A stretch of 60,537 nt of DNA, filler included, from Asterionella formosa (GCA_002256025.1; 7 parts of 7 records of this genome joined end to end with filler, not necessarily neighbours in it), one strand, 5' to 3'; positions 1 through 11,380 are shown, numbered from the whole stretch's first letter. The notes: generated from the letters alone by a model not told the origin. Numbers and translations: made by a program.

Positions 1-590
1 CGACAATCACATAATTATTTTTAAACTCACCATTTTGATTATTCCATTTGTTCTTTCCTTTGTTCGTTTTCTTTGCTTCAACTTTCGTCCAATCGTTTTC
101 GTTGTAGTCGTCGATCGATTGTTGTGTAGTGTTCTCTTGTAGTTGCTCGATTTCCATCACCGTTTGCTTGATGATCGGATTACCTTCGACATGATACATT
201 GCTCCGAGTTTTCGAGTTTTGTCTCTTTTGCAGGTTAGAAAACCGCTCTTGTTTCGTATCGTCATCCTATCGTCCTCGAAGATCACTTGATTACCCTTGT
301 CGATCATTCTAGAGACACTGATGATGTTCTGCTTGAACTCCGGTGCATAAAGCACATCGGTGAGTTTCAAGCATTTTCCTTCGTCCGTAGTCGTCAGGGT
401 CACAGTACCAGAGACAGTTGATACTATCTCAGTTCCATTCCCTACCACGACCGTTTCACTCACTTGTTTCTTGTCTTCCATCATGCGCACGTCCGTGCAG
501 ATGTGAACAGTAGCACCGCTGTCTAACAACCAGCGATTTCTGACGTCACGAGCGAGGTTGACTTCCTCGTTGTAACTAATTTCGACGCAC
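1..590 (-). CDS. pol: Copia Pol N-terminus (aspartic protease), in the -1 frame relative to gag; partial
   Basis: Manual translation CVEISYNEEVNLARDVRNRWLLDSGATVHICTD..., with no stop down to base 1. Confidence 0.85.
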
Positions 591-1536
591 GTGCGACGAA
601 CATTCCTTGCTGGGTAGATGTAGTCGTGTTGTTCTCTTCGTTTCTATTATTCTTAGATGCACTGTTACTGGTGCACTCACTTGCGTAGTGTCCCATGCGT
701 TGGCACTTGAAACACTTGATCGTTTTCCTCTTTTCTTTCTGCTCAGGAGTGAGCTCCTTTTTGTCGGCACTATTGCCCTTGCTGCGACATTCAGCCGCCT
801 TGTGGCCATACTTGCCACACTTACGACAGTCACCTTTGAACTTCCCTTTCGTGTAGAAGGCCTGTTCACTCTTGTTCTTGTCAGTCGTTTTGACGTCATC
901 CCGGACATATAGATCGTAGTAGTCCCGGATGTCTGTCTTAATCTCTTCGACCGTTAGCGTGTTGCGCGCCAGGCCGAACCTTCCTACTACCAAACTCTTG
1001 TAGCTTTCAGGTAGGTTGTTGATCATGTGTGCCACATAGGCACCATCCGAAACGGCAGAGCTTGTATTGCCCAATCGTTCCCGGATTCGATCCAACTCCA
1101 CATACCAGCTGTCGGGGTTCTCGTTTTCCTCTAGAGTGCACTTCGTCCATTGGTGGGACAAGGCAATGACGTTCGCCATGTTGCCTGACTCATACGTCGA
1201 AATGAGCTTGTCCCATGCTTCTTTAGCATTGCTGTTAGGAAACTCGGCACTTCTTGCATTATTTACGTGTCCGAATGGCCCACTCTGGCATGCCATTATC
1301 AGACTTGCGTAAGCAACTGTGTTGCTCCTTCGGATGCGTCTCTCGTCAGCATCCGACAACACGATCGTATCGCCCTTTAGGTCTTTCTCTCCTCTTGGTA
1401 GTTCGTCACCGTTAAGTATTTCTTGAAAGTTCTTGTAGCACGCGTATGCGAGAAACTTCGCTTTCCACATGTGCCATTTAGCATCTTGCCCATCGAATGT
1501 TGGCAACCTCACTGACGTGTCTTCGTCACTTCCCAT
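523..1536 (-). CDS. gag: Copia Gag with two zinc knuckles
   Basis: 337-aa ORF with FDG..W..WK N-terminus, AKEAWDKL, NNLPESY and 2x CX2CX4HX4C. Confidence 0.9.
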   Translation of the reverse strand: MGSDEDTSVRLPTFDGQDAKWHMWKAKFLAYACYKNFQEILNGDELPRGEKDLKGDTIVLSDADERRIRRSNTVAYASLIMACQSGPFGHVNNARSAEFPNSNAKEAWDKLISTYESGNMANVIALSHQWTKCTLEENENPDSWYVELDRIRERLGNTSSAVSDGAYVAHMINNLPESYKSLVVGRFGLARNTLTVEEIKTDIRDYYDLYVRDDVKTTDKNKSEQAFYTKGKFKGDCRKCGKYGHKAAECRSKGNSADKKELTPEQKEKRKTIKCFKCQRMGHYASECTSNSASKNNRNEENNTTTSTQQGMFVARASKLVTTRKSTSLVTSEIAGC

Positions 1537-1580
1537 CGTTCCTGAGTAGCCTGTGGCCTTAAAGTGGACGCTTTAAAGCG

Positions 1581-1959
1581 TGTTGAAAGGTCTCGTACTC
1601 CTTCCCGTCTGACGGGTTCCTCTTACGTAGAACTTACCTGCTATACCACTAGTATTGTTATCTTCTTTCTGCTGCTAGCCTTCGTGCTAGTTTTCGTTAT
1701 TGACCTTACTCTGTCAATTCTCACTGTTTCTTAATTATAAGATTAAACTAAAACTAAGTTTCAATCCCATTCATCACACTTCGAGAACCTGTTCTTCGTG
1801 TTCCCTTTTCGTTGATGTAAACCTTCTTCTGATTGATCTAAGACATCAATCTCGTTAGCAAGCTTCTTGACATGGGAACGCACCATTTGACTCATTGGAC
1901 TATAGTCGAGTCCACAGTCCTTGTGACTCATTATAGCCATTGATGCTATATTCTTGACA
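1581..1959 (-). repeat. 5' LTR (~379 bp) of the Copia element
   Basis: Minus-strand termini TGTCAAGAA...CCTTTCAACA. Both ends coincide with the limits of homology to the solo copy at 41889-42286. Confidence 0.8.
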
Positions 1960-2629
1960 TACCTCCTCTGGGCCCCGTCCCCCCTCCCGATACGGCAGCA
2001 CTGACTGCAAGAACTGCTCATGCATCGGATGCGGTGACCAAAAAATCACCACTACAACGAACAGCGACAGAAAACAACACTATAATAATCGATTTTGGGG
2101 CCGAGTACTCTCTCCTAACAGCGAAGCCCCTCTTCGAACTCAATTACAATGTGCCGACAACCACGAATACAACTGACAAACATGGAGACAACGCTACTAC
2201 AACTGACGATATCTGAGATGATTGGAACAACAAGAAAAATATAGTAATGGAACACAATATAATGGCCGCAGGCGCAAACCGCAATCGCAATACCGCAACA
2301 CACACAAATCTCACAAGCCTTCAAAATGCATTCATCTTCTCAAATCAGCGTGATCAGATCAACCTGACAAACGCAGCAACTGTTTTCACCATGCTGGACA
2401 CTTTCTTGCCCAATACAGTGGTGATTGCTTCGCGACAATCTCGTGCATCAGACAAGATGGATACAGCTTCCTCCTTCCAGCGCAACACTACAGCAAACAA
2501 TGTTACAACATTAGATTTGACAGCCGATCGACTCTAGTAGTACTCACTTTCCCCTGCTGCAACGGCTGACCCTGTTATATTCGAAGAAAATAATAACAAT
2601 AGATATGAATACAGTCAACAAAACAACGA

Positions 2630-3210
2630 TGAAATAGACACAAAGAAAAGAAAGAAAGATGTACTAGATACATCTACAAACTACAACAAAGAAGTCAGAC
2701 ATAATGATAAATATGGAAAACCTACCGATTCTGCTACACAAGGGCTCACCACCAGTAACCCAGTAAATGATAAAATTACAAGAGGCAGAGGAAATTAGTA
2801 TAGTGGTCACAGTCTATCAAACAATGACATGGACACAAAGGAAAGGAAGAAAGACGTAGATACATTATCAAACCACAATGCTGATGTCAGATACAATCAT
2901 GATATAAGCGGAAAACCTACTACCGATTTCTCCACTCAAGAGCTCACCGGTAACCCAGCATACAATAAAGTTAAAAGAGAAAGAAACAATTACAGTGCTC
3001 AGGATCTATCAAAAAATGAAATGGACACAAACAAAACAAAAAAAGTCGTAGATACCTCTAAAAACTACACCAATGATGCCAGAAATAATGATAGATAAGA
3101 AAAACCTACAAGTGATTCCACCACGAAACAAAGGTCCACCAGCAACCCTGCAAACAATGAAAGGTCACCACAAGCAAGACAGCAGAAAATACATTGATCA
3201 CAATCTATCA
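2630..3210 (+). repeat. Three degenerate ~192-bp tandem repeats (coding-like, N/D/T/K-rich)
   Basis: ATGA(A/C)AT(A/G)GACACAAA recurs at ~2630, ~2824 and ~3016, each followed by similar GATAC...AAACCTAC...AACCC blocks. Confidence 0.75.
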
Positions 3211-3434
3211 AGCAATCCAACTGATGTAGTGATGTTGGAAAGAATGTGCGCATCCCCAAATGTAACACAGATCAATCACCAACGTTGTACTACAAAAGTA
3301 TGCCCACAGTGTGAATTGAGGACGAAGGAACATCATCCTTGGGTGCAATATTGGCCCCCTTAAGACTTATCAATTTCTCCTGTGTCTCTCCAGGTACAAG
3401 TGTGATTATTAGTTTAGTTTTCACATACTATAAA

Positions 3435-3870
3435 ATTTTATTTTCCTCCTGCTTATTGTTTATTGCAAAAGCGCAGATGAGGAGGAAAACAACCATTTTG
3501 TGCACTATCTTTTTGCTATAAATGATGGATTATCTCAAGTCCGTGATCCAGGAATAGATGCAAGTGTGGATGAACATTTGGATCAAGTATTTCACCTTGC
3601 CCATAAGTACTGCATCATCTTTGGATGCACCAAACAATTGGAATTGTTATGCACCGATACAGGATATCTTCCACCACAAGAAACCCAAACACCTGAAGAA
3701 GAAATTGGTTTATCGGAATCTTTCTAGCTATACTGGCACCAAAGCACCATTGCAGATCATTATGGCCACTGAACACGATTCCATGGTATTTCAACCAAAA
3801 GATTATAGTGGATGGTCATGTGGATCATTTACAATTGTGAAAGTGTTGGAAACTCTATTGCAATTAGAAA
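3435..3870 (+). pseudogene. Decayed Ulp1/C48-like cysteine protease domain (probable transposon cargo)
   Basis: FIFLLLIVYC...NNHFVHYLFAINDGLSQVRDPG (His and Asp positions), then in another frame FQPKDYSGWSCGSF (Gln...Cys). The order matches the C48 His-Asp-Gln-Cys arrangement. Confidence 0.45.
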
Positions 3871-4327
3871 GGAATGGTAAAACCAAATTTCTTGGCAACC
3901 AGGCACAATTCCATTTGGACACGGAGTCCTGAAAAGGTTTTAAAACATCAGGTACCAACAGATCGAACAGACAATTTGTTCTCTACTAGATCTGAACCAC
4001 CAACCAAGTCAGCATACTTTCATCTTGGAACAGTTTGGCCTCAAGTGACAACGACAAACAGCCATTCGCGAGGATATGTTTCAGTTGGAAATAACTGTTC
4101 TTCACTTTTGTATTGACAAAACATTGAGCTCTTATTTAGATTTAAAAATATTGAATGAAGTATTTGTACAAGCTCATATACTTTCTTCGCTCAAGACGGA
4201 TGCTCTTGCCTACGTATAATCCATGATGCAACAAGTGGATGAAAAATTTGCTCCCTTCAAATGGTATAATTATGCACCTCTTGGCGAAATTTCTGGATGT
4301 ATAAAAACTGGCAAAAGGTTGAAAAAA

Positions 4328-4639
4328 TATTTTTTAACTGATGACAGCTCTTCTGGACTCTGTTCTACCAGGTACTGTTTGTTTCATCCTGTCGTCAATC
4401 ATCATGAAACTGGATAATGTACCCGGTAGTTGCTATATTGGTACTCTGGAACTGATTTATATATTGGTATATGCCTTTGGGTGTATTTTTTAACTGATGA
4501 CAGCTCTTCTGGACTCTGTTCTACCAGGTACTGTTTGTTTCATCCTGTCGTCAATCATCATGAAACAGGATAATGTACCCGGTAGTTGCTATATTGGTAC
4601 TCTGGAACTGATTTATATACCGGTATATGCCTTTGGGTG
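4328..4639. repeat. Tandem duplication, 2 x 156 bp, nearly identical
   Basis: TATTTTTTAACTGATGACAGC... starts at 4328 and again at 4484; about 3 differences. Confidence 0.95.
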
Positions 4640-5595
4640 TAAAGTAGTATTGAAACTACATACAGCAACGTAGATTCAATACAAACGTATAAATGACATC
4701 ATTTGTTTTGTTTGAACACGAACTATGTGCATACATATTGGCATACTCCTGATTTATATATGTGGTGTGAAGCAAATTGTGTCTACAAACAGCAACATAA
4801 ATGTAGCTAAATAAGATGTTTAAATTTCAATTTTGTTGTTTTAAAATGGAACTCTATCAATCTGGCACCAATTACTAGTATTCAATTCAAATATTTAAAT
4901 GGACGCTCGAATCATGGGAATTCATAGAAGCAAACTCCTTGCTTGTTCCCTGCTGTTTTTACAACCCTACTAGCAGTCAGTGTTTTCTACAAAATAGGGT
5001 TAAGCCGGGGCCGCAACCTTAAGTACAGTACCAGGTAGTAGAGCAGACCTGATAAGCCAACATGTTGCTCCAGTAATGCTCGATCACGACTCCAGACATC
5101 ATGCGGTCGACTTTCAGGAGTATGCATGTGTTCGTACATGTACCTCCCGGTATACTGGATAATGAAAGAGTTATTTCAAGAACCACAGTACAGCGTGTAA
5201 CAAACCTGGAGTTAGGGACATGTGAGGTAAAACAGCGCTGTATGGAGTATGACAAGCGACTTACTGACATCATCAAAGATGATAATCACACCATAGAGGA
5301 GCAGCAGGATGAGCGTCAGTTACAGGAATGGGATGGCTACACCGAAGATAATCATACAGAATTCGCAACACAATTCAATGCAGTCATATCCGATTCAAGT
5401 ATTCCAGAAGTGGATGAAACCTTTACTCTTGTCACCTTTCATGATACATACCTCAACAAGAAATTAGCATTGACAAGGGGAGCGAACGACAATTGCGATG
5501 TACAAGTTGGTAAAGTTAGAAAAGCGGCTATGCATGTGATGCAGAAGGACAACCGATTGGTTTGGCAAATGAGAACCCTTTATTAGACACGAGAG

Positions 5596-5840
5596 GGGAA
5601 TGGCTTAGTGGTTAGCACACCCGCTGTGGTGGCGGGTTCGATTCCTGTATTCTCCACCTGTCTTTTTCATCATGTAGTCCCCAGGGTTCCGGGGTGTGTG
5701 GCTGACGAAAAGACAGGTCCCGTTGTACCGTACAGACGAATAAAACCGGTACTAATTGTGTCAATCATCTATTTGGTGGGCCCGAGTGCAATTATTGGAT
5801 AGCTTCAACGTACCATAAAATTAAATTGACATTTTTTTCA
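5596..5840 (+). mobile_element. tRNA-derived SINE-like insertion in Copia pol, with a 16-bp TSD
   Basis: A box TGGCTTAGTGG at 5601, B box GGTTCGATTCC at 5635. TSD TTATTAGACACGAGAG (5580-5595) / TTATTAGACAGGAGAG (5841-5856). Removing it restores NPLLDTREYSVEF. Confidence 0.88.
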
Positions 5841-8144
5841 TTATTAGACAGGAGAGAATACTCTGTTGAATTTAAGGATGGCGTATCAGAATCTTTATCT
5901 GCTAACTTAATTGCTCAAAACTTGTATTCACAGATTGATGAAGAAGGGAATAGGCACATTCTTCTAGAAGATATCATCATTGACCATTGGCAAAGTAATA
6001 GCGCTATTGACAAGGAAGACGCCTTTATAATGATGAAGAATGGCGTTAAAAGGAGGTGTGAGACGACACAAGGATGGCACATGTTGTGTTAGTGGAAAGA
6101 CGGTAGCACCAGTTGGGATGCTCTGAAGGATGCAAAACATTCATACTCAGTCCTAGTTGCAGAGTACGCAATTGCCAACCAAATAGATAAGGAACCTGCT
6201 TTTGCTTGGTGGTTTGGCAATGTAATAACGCGCAACAGGATCCTGTCCAAAATTAAATCTCAGTACTGGCATCAAACGCATAAGTTTGGAATTCGTATTC
6301 CAAAATCAGTTGGACAAGCAATTGCAATTGACAAACAGAATGGCAATACTCTCTGGTGGGATGCAATTTGCACAGAGATGAAAAACGTGAGGCCAGCATT
6401 TGAGATGTGGGAACAGGATGAAAAGGAACTGCCTCTGTGGGGTACCAGAGAATCAAGTGTCATTTCATATTTGACATTAAGATGGGTGAGGACTTCAGAC
6501 GAAAGGCAAGATTAGTTGCCAATGGTAATGAAACAGAGGCCCCAGCAGACGTACTACTCAGTGGCTTCAAGGGATTCAGTGAGGATTGCCCTCTTAATTG
6601 CATCTCTCAATGACCTTGAACTGCTGGCCTGTGATATCATCCAAAATGCATACTTGACTGCTGACTGCCGTGAGAGAATATACACTATTGCAGGCAGGAC
6701 CAGAATTCGGATCAGAAGCTGGAAGTGTGATGGTCATTCGAAAAGCATTGTATGTATTAAAGTCTAGTGGTGTGGCCTTTCGAGCAAAATTTGGCTGAAG
6801 TTCTGTATGATTTGAGCTAGCTATGTGCCGACAAAAGCGGATTCAGATGTATGGATTCGACCAGCAACATAACCCAATGGCTTTAAGTACTATGAAATGA
6901 TGCTCACATATGTTGACAATATCTTATGCATATCCCATGACCCACATGCAACTATGAAGGGCATCCAAGCAACATTTAAATTGAAAGACGACAAGATTGA
7001 AAAACCAGAAAATTATCTTGGGGCACAGCTTACACAAAAGACCATTAATGGAACGTAATGCTGGACAATGTCATCGGAGCAATACGTTAAAGCATCCATT
7101 GCAAATGTTGAAGCAGCGTTCTTGGAGTCAAGCGGTCAGAGATTGCCATCCCAATGCACCACACCGATTCAAGCCGATTATCGACCGGAGTTGCACACAA
7201 CAGCGGAGCTAAAATTAGAAGGCATCCGCTATTATTAAAAGATGATTGGAGTCTTGCGGTGGGCGATCGAACTTGGCTGGTAGGATTGATATTGCAATGG
7301 AAGCAGTGTCAATGCTGTCTTCTCAGCTTGCGTTACCTCGAAGAGGGACATCTTCAACAGGTTTATCATATCTTGGGATTTTTGAAAGCAAGACCTAAGC
7401 GAACGTTGGCATTTGACGCCCAGCAGCACCCTGATATTGATGAATCGAGTTTTGTTAAGTGTGATTGGCATGATTTTTATCGAGGGGCAAAAGAGCCAAT
7501 TCCAGGGGACATGCCAGAACCCCGTGGAAATGAAATGTCAACAAACTGTTTTGTTGACGCCAACCATGCAGGTAATCGTGTAACAAGGCGCTCACAATCC
7601 GGTATCCTACTCTTTGTTAACAGGGCACCAGTAGTGTGGTATAGCAAACCCCAAAATATGGTTGAGACATCGACGTTTGGTAGCAAGTTTGTTGCCATGA
7701 GGATCACTGTGGAGTTAGTGGAGGCTCTGCGCTACAATCTGAGAATGTTTGGAATACCAATAGAAGGTCCAACCAACGTCTTTTGTGACAACAAGGCAGT
7801 TACCAAGAATACTTTTTTCTCGAAATCTACGCTCAAGAAGAAAAAACAATTCAATTGCTTATCATTGTTCAAGAGAGGCAGTTGTAGCAGGCAAAATCAG
7901 AGTGACAAAAGAGGATGGGAAGACATATTGGCCAATGTGCTGACTAAGCCACTAGCACAAGCAACCAAAGATTTTTATGAGATCAATTCATGTATTGAGA
8001 TTGAACACAGCCTAGGTTCACTACGCGTCATGAGACAATGCTTGCTGGTTACCTCCTGGACATGCAAGACATGTGGCTTTGAAAACCATGTCATAGGTTT
8101 GCAGCAAGCAACATCTTGGACTCCTTCATATTGCTTGAGGGGAC

Positions 8145-8462
8145 TGAACAATCAAGGTTGGCGTGAAGTACGTAGCAATACGTAGCAGTATAAACATGGT
8201 ACAGCGGTGACTAGTCATTATAGCATGTAGGCATTGGCGATTGAGTGAAAGTTTGCGTCTGTTAGTTAGAGATAGTGAAAGCATGAACTGAGTACTCAAT
8301 CTCGCTTACTCTTTTTACAATTAATCCTTTTAATAAAGCTTAACATTTTTACCCTTTATCTAAGTTACCGGTAGTCACAATGTCGGACTTCACATAGCGA
8401 TTTTGATTTGATGTACCTATATTCTTACTACGCTGGTAGGACCCTGGTTCTATGGTACATCA
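8145..8462 (+). repeat. Putative 3' LTR
   Basis: TG immediately after the polypurine tract; AATAAA at ~8332; possible end ...ACATCA at 8462. There is no second LTR to confirm the end. Confidence 0.45.
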
Positions 8463-8575
8463 GTTGGTTCGAATTGGTCGTCTCGCTGTCGATTTTTTAT
8501 TGATGTATACCGGTACATACCGGCGTATAATATCATGCATGTAATACTTGTATGTATTATGGACACTCTCTAAAA

Positions 8576-8675
8576 NNNNNNNNNNNNNNNNNNNNNNNNN
8601 NNNNNNNNNNNNNNNNNNNTTAATTAATTAANNNNNNNNNNNNNNNNNNNNNNNNNNNNNNNNNNNNNNNNNNNN
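8576..8675. other. Artificial contig linker (N44-TTAATTAATTAA-N44); also at ~17264, 25932, 34596, 43247 and 51896
   Basis: Six identical 100-bp spacers with stop codons in all six frames. Confidence 0.98.
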
Positions 8676-8795
8676 AAGTATAGTGTGCATCGACTCAATT
8701 GTTGCAGAGCCGTGTGGTGATTGATGTGAATGCAATATCAAAAGATGAGTTGCATTTCAGTTTTATCGGACAGCCTCTTTGACATTTACGTTGGC

Positions 8796-9414
8796 GGCTG
8801 TAGCCGTTTTCCCTAGGACTCCGGTTTACTACATAACTCTTTTGCGGTGGGCTAAGTAGACACCTACTGTAGGTTGTACATACCGCTGGGTGATGATGGT
8901 TATGGCGGGTTTACTGTGTAGGGATTCCGACACATTTTAGACAGCACCGTACTACACAGAGTCCGTAGACTAGGTTTCCGGTTGGGCAGGTGGTTTATGC
9001 TTTTTCGGACGACCGTTTCGGTGTATTAACGCAATATTATCCTTCCTTGGGCTCCTGAGCTTGCTTTCGTCGTCAGTACTGCTCGAGCCAGTCTTCCATT
9101 TCAATGAGGTTGCTTTCAAAGTCAGCAGTTTTGATGAAAAAATGATTCTTTTTTCTTTTCAACTGCCAGAGGTTGAGGTGTTTGGTGCTGGGGACTGCTG
9201 CTTTATTTGCTACGTCACTACATCCCAGGTTACAGTGGCTGTAGCCGCTTTGCCTAGGACTCCCGTTTACTGCACAACTCTTTTGCAGTGGGCTAAGTAG
9301 ACACCTAGTGTAGGTGATAATGCTGGGTGATGGTGTCGTTGGTGATGGCTGGTTTACTAGGGTTTCCGACACCTTTTTACCCACCATACACAGAGTCCAT
9401 AGACTAGGTTTCCG
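8796..9414. repeat. Diverged direct repeat, ~180 bp (8796-8979 vs 9237-9414)
   Basis: GGCTGTAGCCG...CCTAGGACTCC...GGGCTAAGTAGACACCTA...ACACAGAGTCC.TAGACTAGGTTTCCG in both copies. Confidence 0.85.
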
Positions 9415-11380
9415 CCCTATGGGCCATAGGCGAAAAACAGGGGTGGGGCCGCTGTTAGGGGGGGGCAATTGGGTGGGGTAGGTTGAACAGGGCATTGGGA
9501 ACGTCCTGGCTGGGAATGAAAGAGATGGCATTGGTGAATATCTGCATGGGGGAGACCCACATATTCACCAGGCCACATAAGGTAAATTATGCCTTAATTG
9601 CCATATCCATGCATAGTGGCCCGACCAATGGGGTTGTTATTTGTCATGGCCTGCTTGTGCTGGGCATGGAAGAGGAGCGGGAGGCTGATAGGTTTGACAC
9701 GCGATGGGTGTGCGCGCATCAAGTTTTCTGTAGAATGTTCATTGTCAAAGAAGACAGAAGTCTAGGTCCCCAAAGGGGTTTAGACGAGGTCTGAGGACCC
9801 CAAGCTGGAGTATTTCTGCGCAATCTGATGCACGGCATCTTCCACTGTACAAGCCCAGACCTGGCGTGGTGTTGTTTGGAGGGGGAGATAGTGCTGTATT
9901 GGTTTTGGCGCTGTCAAGAGCAACAATCGATAGCAATGTGCGAGTTTTGTCAAGGGAGCATTGTTCCTCGCTTGTGTACCATGATGTGTCATTGTTGGCA
10001 GACTGCTGCATGTCCCTGGCTAGTATCGATATCTTCTTCCCTTGCCTGCAGATCAACATTATGCTCAAGTTTGCTCTGCATTATGTGAAGTTATGCCATG
10101 GGTATAATGTGTAACAGTTTACTGTGTCGATGGTTGATTAATCAGCTGAAGAATTCAAAAAATGTATCCAAGAGAGTTGTGCCATTTAACGAAGGGTTTC
10201 ACGCCAATAAAGGCAATGTTGTTTAATGGAACAAAATGAAGGAGGGATTTGGTGTGATCCAATTGCATCTCAATAATTCAAGTGCTTCCAGTAGCTACTC
10301 CAGCCACTGTCCCACCTGTCATCCACCACTGATGATTTTGATGTAGTACTAGATGATTCCAAATGAAGGAAAAATAATATAGATTACATGTCAATGCTAG
10401 TAGGATGATTGATTAGAAAGCTAGGCTATCACTCTAGCTAATTGGAAAAACGGAAGGTTTTTCTATTCTAGAATACCAACATACAAATGCATAGTCATAT
10501 TAGATTTTGATGGGCAGTTTAGATAGGCGTAGTACTAGCTGCGTAAGAATAAGGAATTTACAGGAAACGTGGTGCTACTATTATTCAAAAAACTACAGGT
10601 ACAGACTACCGGTAGCTAAGCGACTTCCTTTGATCCTCCGCCTCCTCCTTCGGTTGCGTTTTCTCGTTTTCTTCCTGTATAGGCATGTTTAACTGGTATG
10701 TACGGAAGTGTAGGAGCGGTCGTCATCTGATGAGTCGCTATCATTGCTCATTTCATCAGGCAGATATGGATGAGTACCAGTACCCTGGTATGCTACCACA
10801 AACCACACAATGCGTCCCATCATTTTCTAATTGGTAGTACCGGTAATCGGGTTTATTAATATAACGATACACATGTAACAACATTCTAGTGCTATTTCTA
10901 TTCGCTAAAAGTTTCGGCGCGAGATATTGTGGTATTTCCATGATGGAAGTAATTACCAGCAATTATACAGTACTACCGGTAGGCCATATGAATTTTGGTC
11001 AATATGTCTATATACATGAATGTATGATTTCGACCATTTGAAAAATTGGTGATGACTCCCGTTTATTAAGGGGCTTAATTAAATCAGCCACTGACTTGTA
11101 GGTACAAGAATTGACACACAAAAAATTGAAAAAACTCAACAGGTCGAGGAAAGCTATGAACTCATCATGCATTGTATATATTTGAATTATGTATAATCAA
11201 AATTGATATTAGTATGCACAGGATGTGCCATATAATAAGCGTGTTTAAAACTATGCAAATGTTCAACTATATGTACATTTGAACTTCTTATAAATCTTTA
11301 TATATATGTATTCATGGCTGAAACATTTGAAATCATTTTTTCATGCATACACTTTGCTCCTGAAATGAAGGATTAACACA

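Larger units (their letters stand above)
1..1959 (-). mobile_element. Ty1/Copia LTR retrotransposon, 5' part (LTR, gag, protease), running off the window edge
   Basis: Gag ORF 1536-523 with two CCHC knuckles (CRKCGKYGHKAAEC, CFKCQRMGHYASEC). The -1 frame reads WLLDSGATVHIC...VVGNG...DVLYAPEFKQNIISVS (Copia protease region) and is open to base 1. LTR at 1581-1959. Confidence 0.93.
5150..8462 (+). mobile_element. Degenerate 5'-truncated Copia element (CoDi-like): IN-RT linker, RT, RNase H, PPT, 3' LTR
   Basis: VISRTTVQRVTNLE, NPLLDTREY, YSVASRDSVRIAL, YVDNIL, FVDANHAGNRVTRRSQSG and FCDNKAV, with many stops and frameshifts. PPT-like GAGGGGAC precedes TGAACA at 8145. Confidence 0.9.

Noticed and set aside
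1637..1648. TGGTATAGCAGG (minus strand) as the Copia PBS, with the LTR ending at 1656
   Set aside because: Homology to the solo LTR continues to 1581, so this motif lies inside the LTR.
5595..5656. Functional tRNA gene
   Set aside because: The anticodon arm and variable region are incomplete, and it is embedded in a TSD-flanked insertion.
5702..5745. Hammerhead ribozyme (CTGACGA core)
   Set aside because: No stem II followed by GAAA and no matching stem I/III; CTGACGA is part of a simple hairpin arm.
8620..8631. TTAATTAATTAA palindrome recurring every ~8.6 kb
   Set aside because: Always centred in N runs; it is an artificial six-frame-stop linker.
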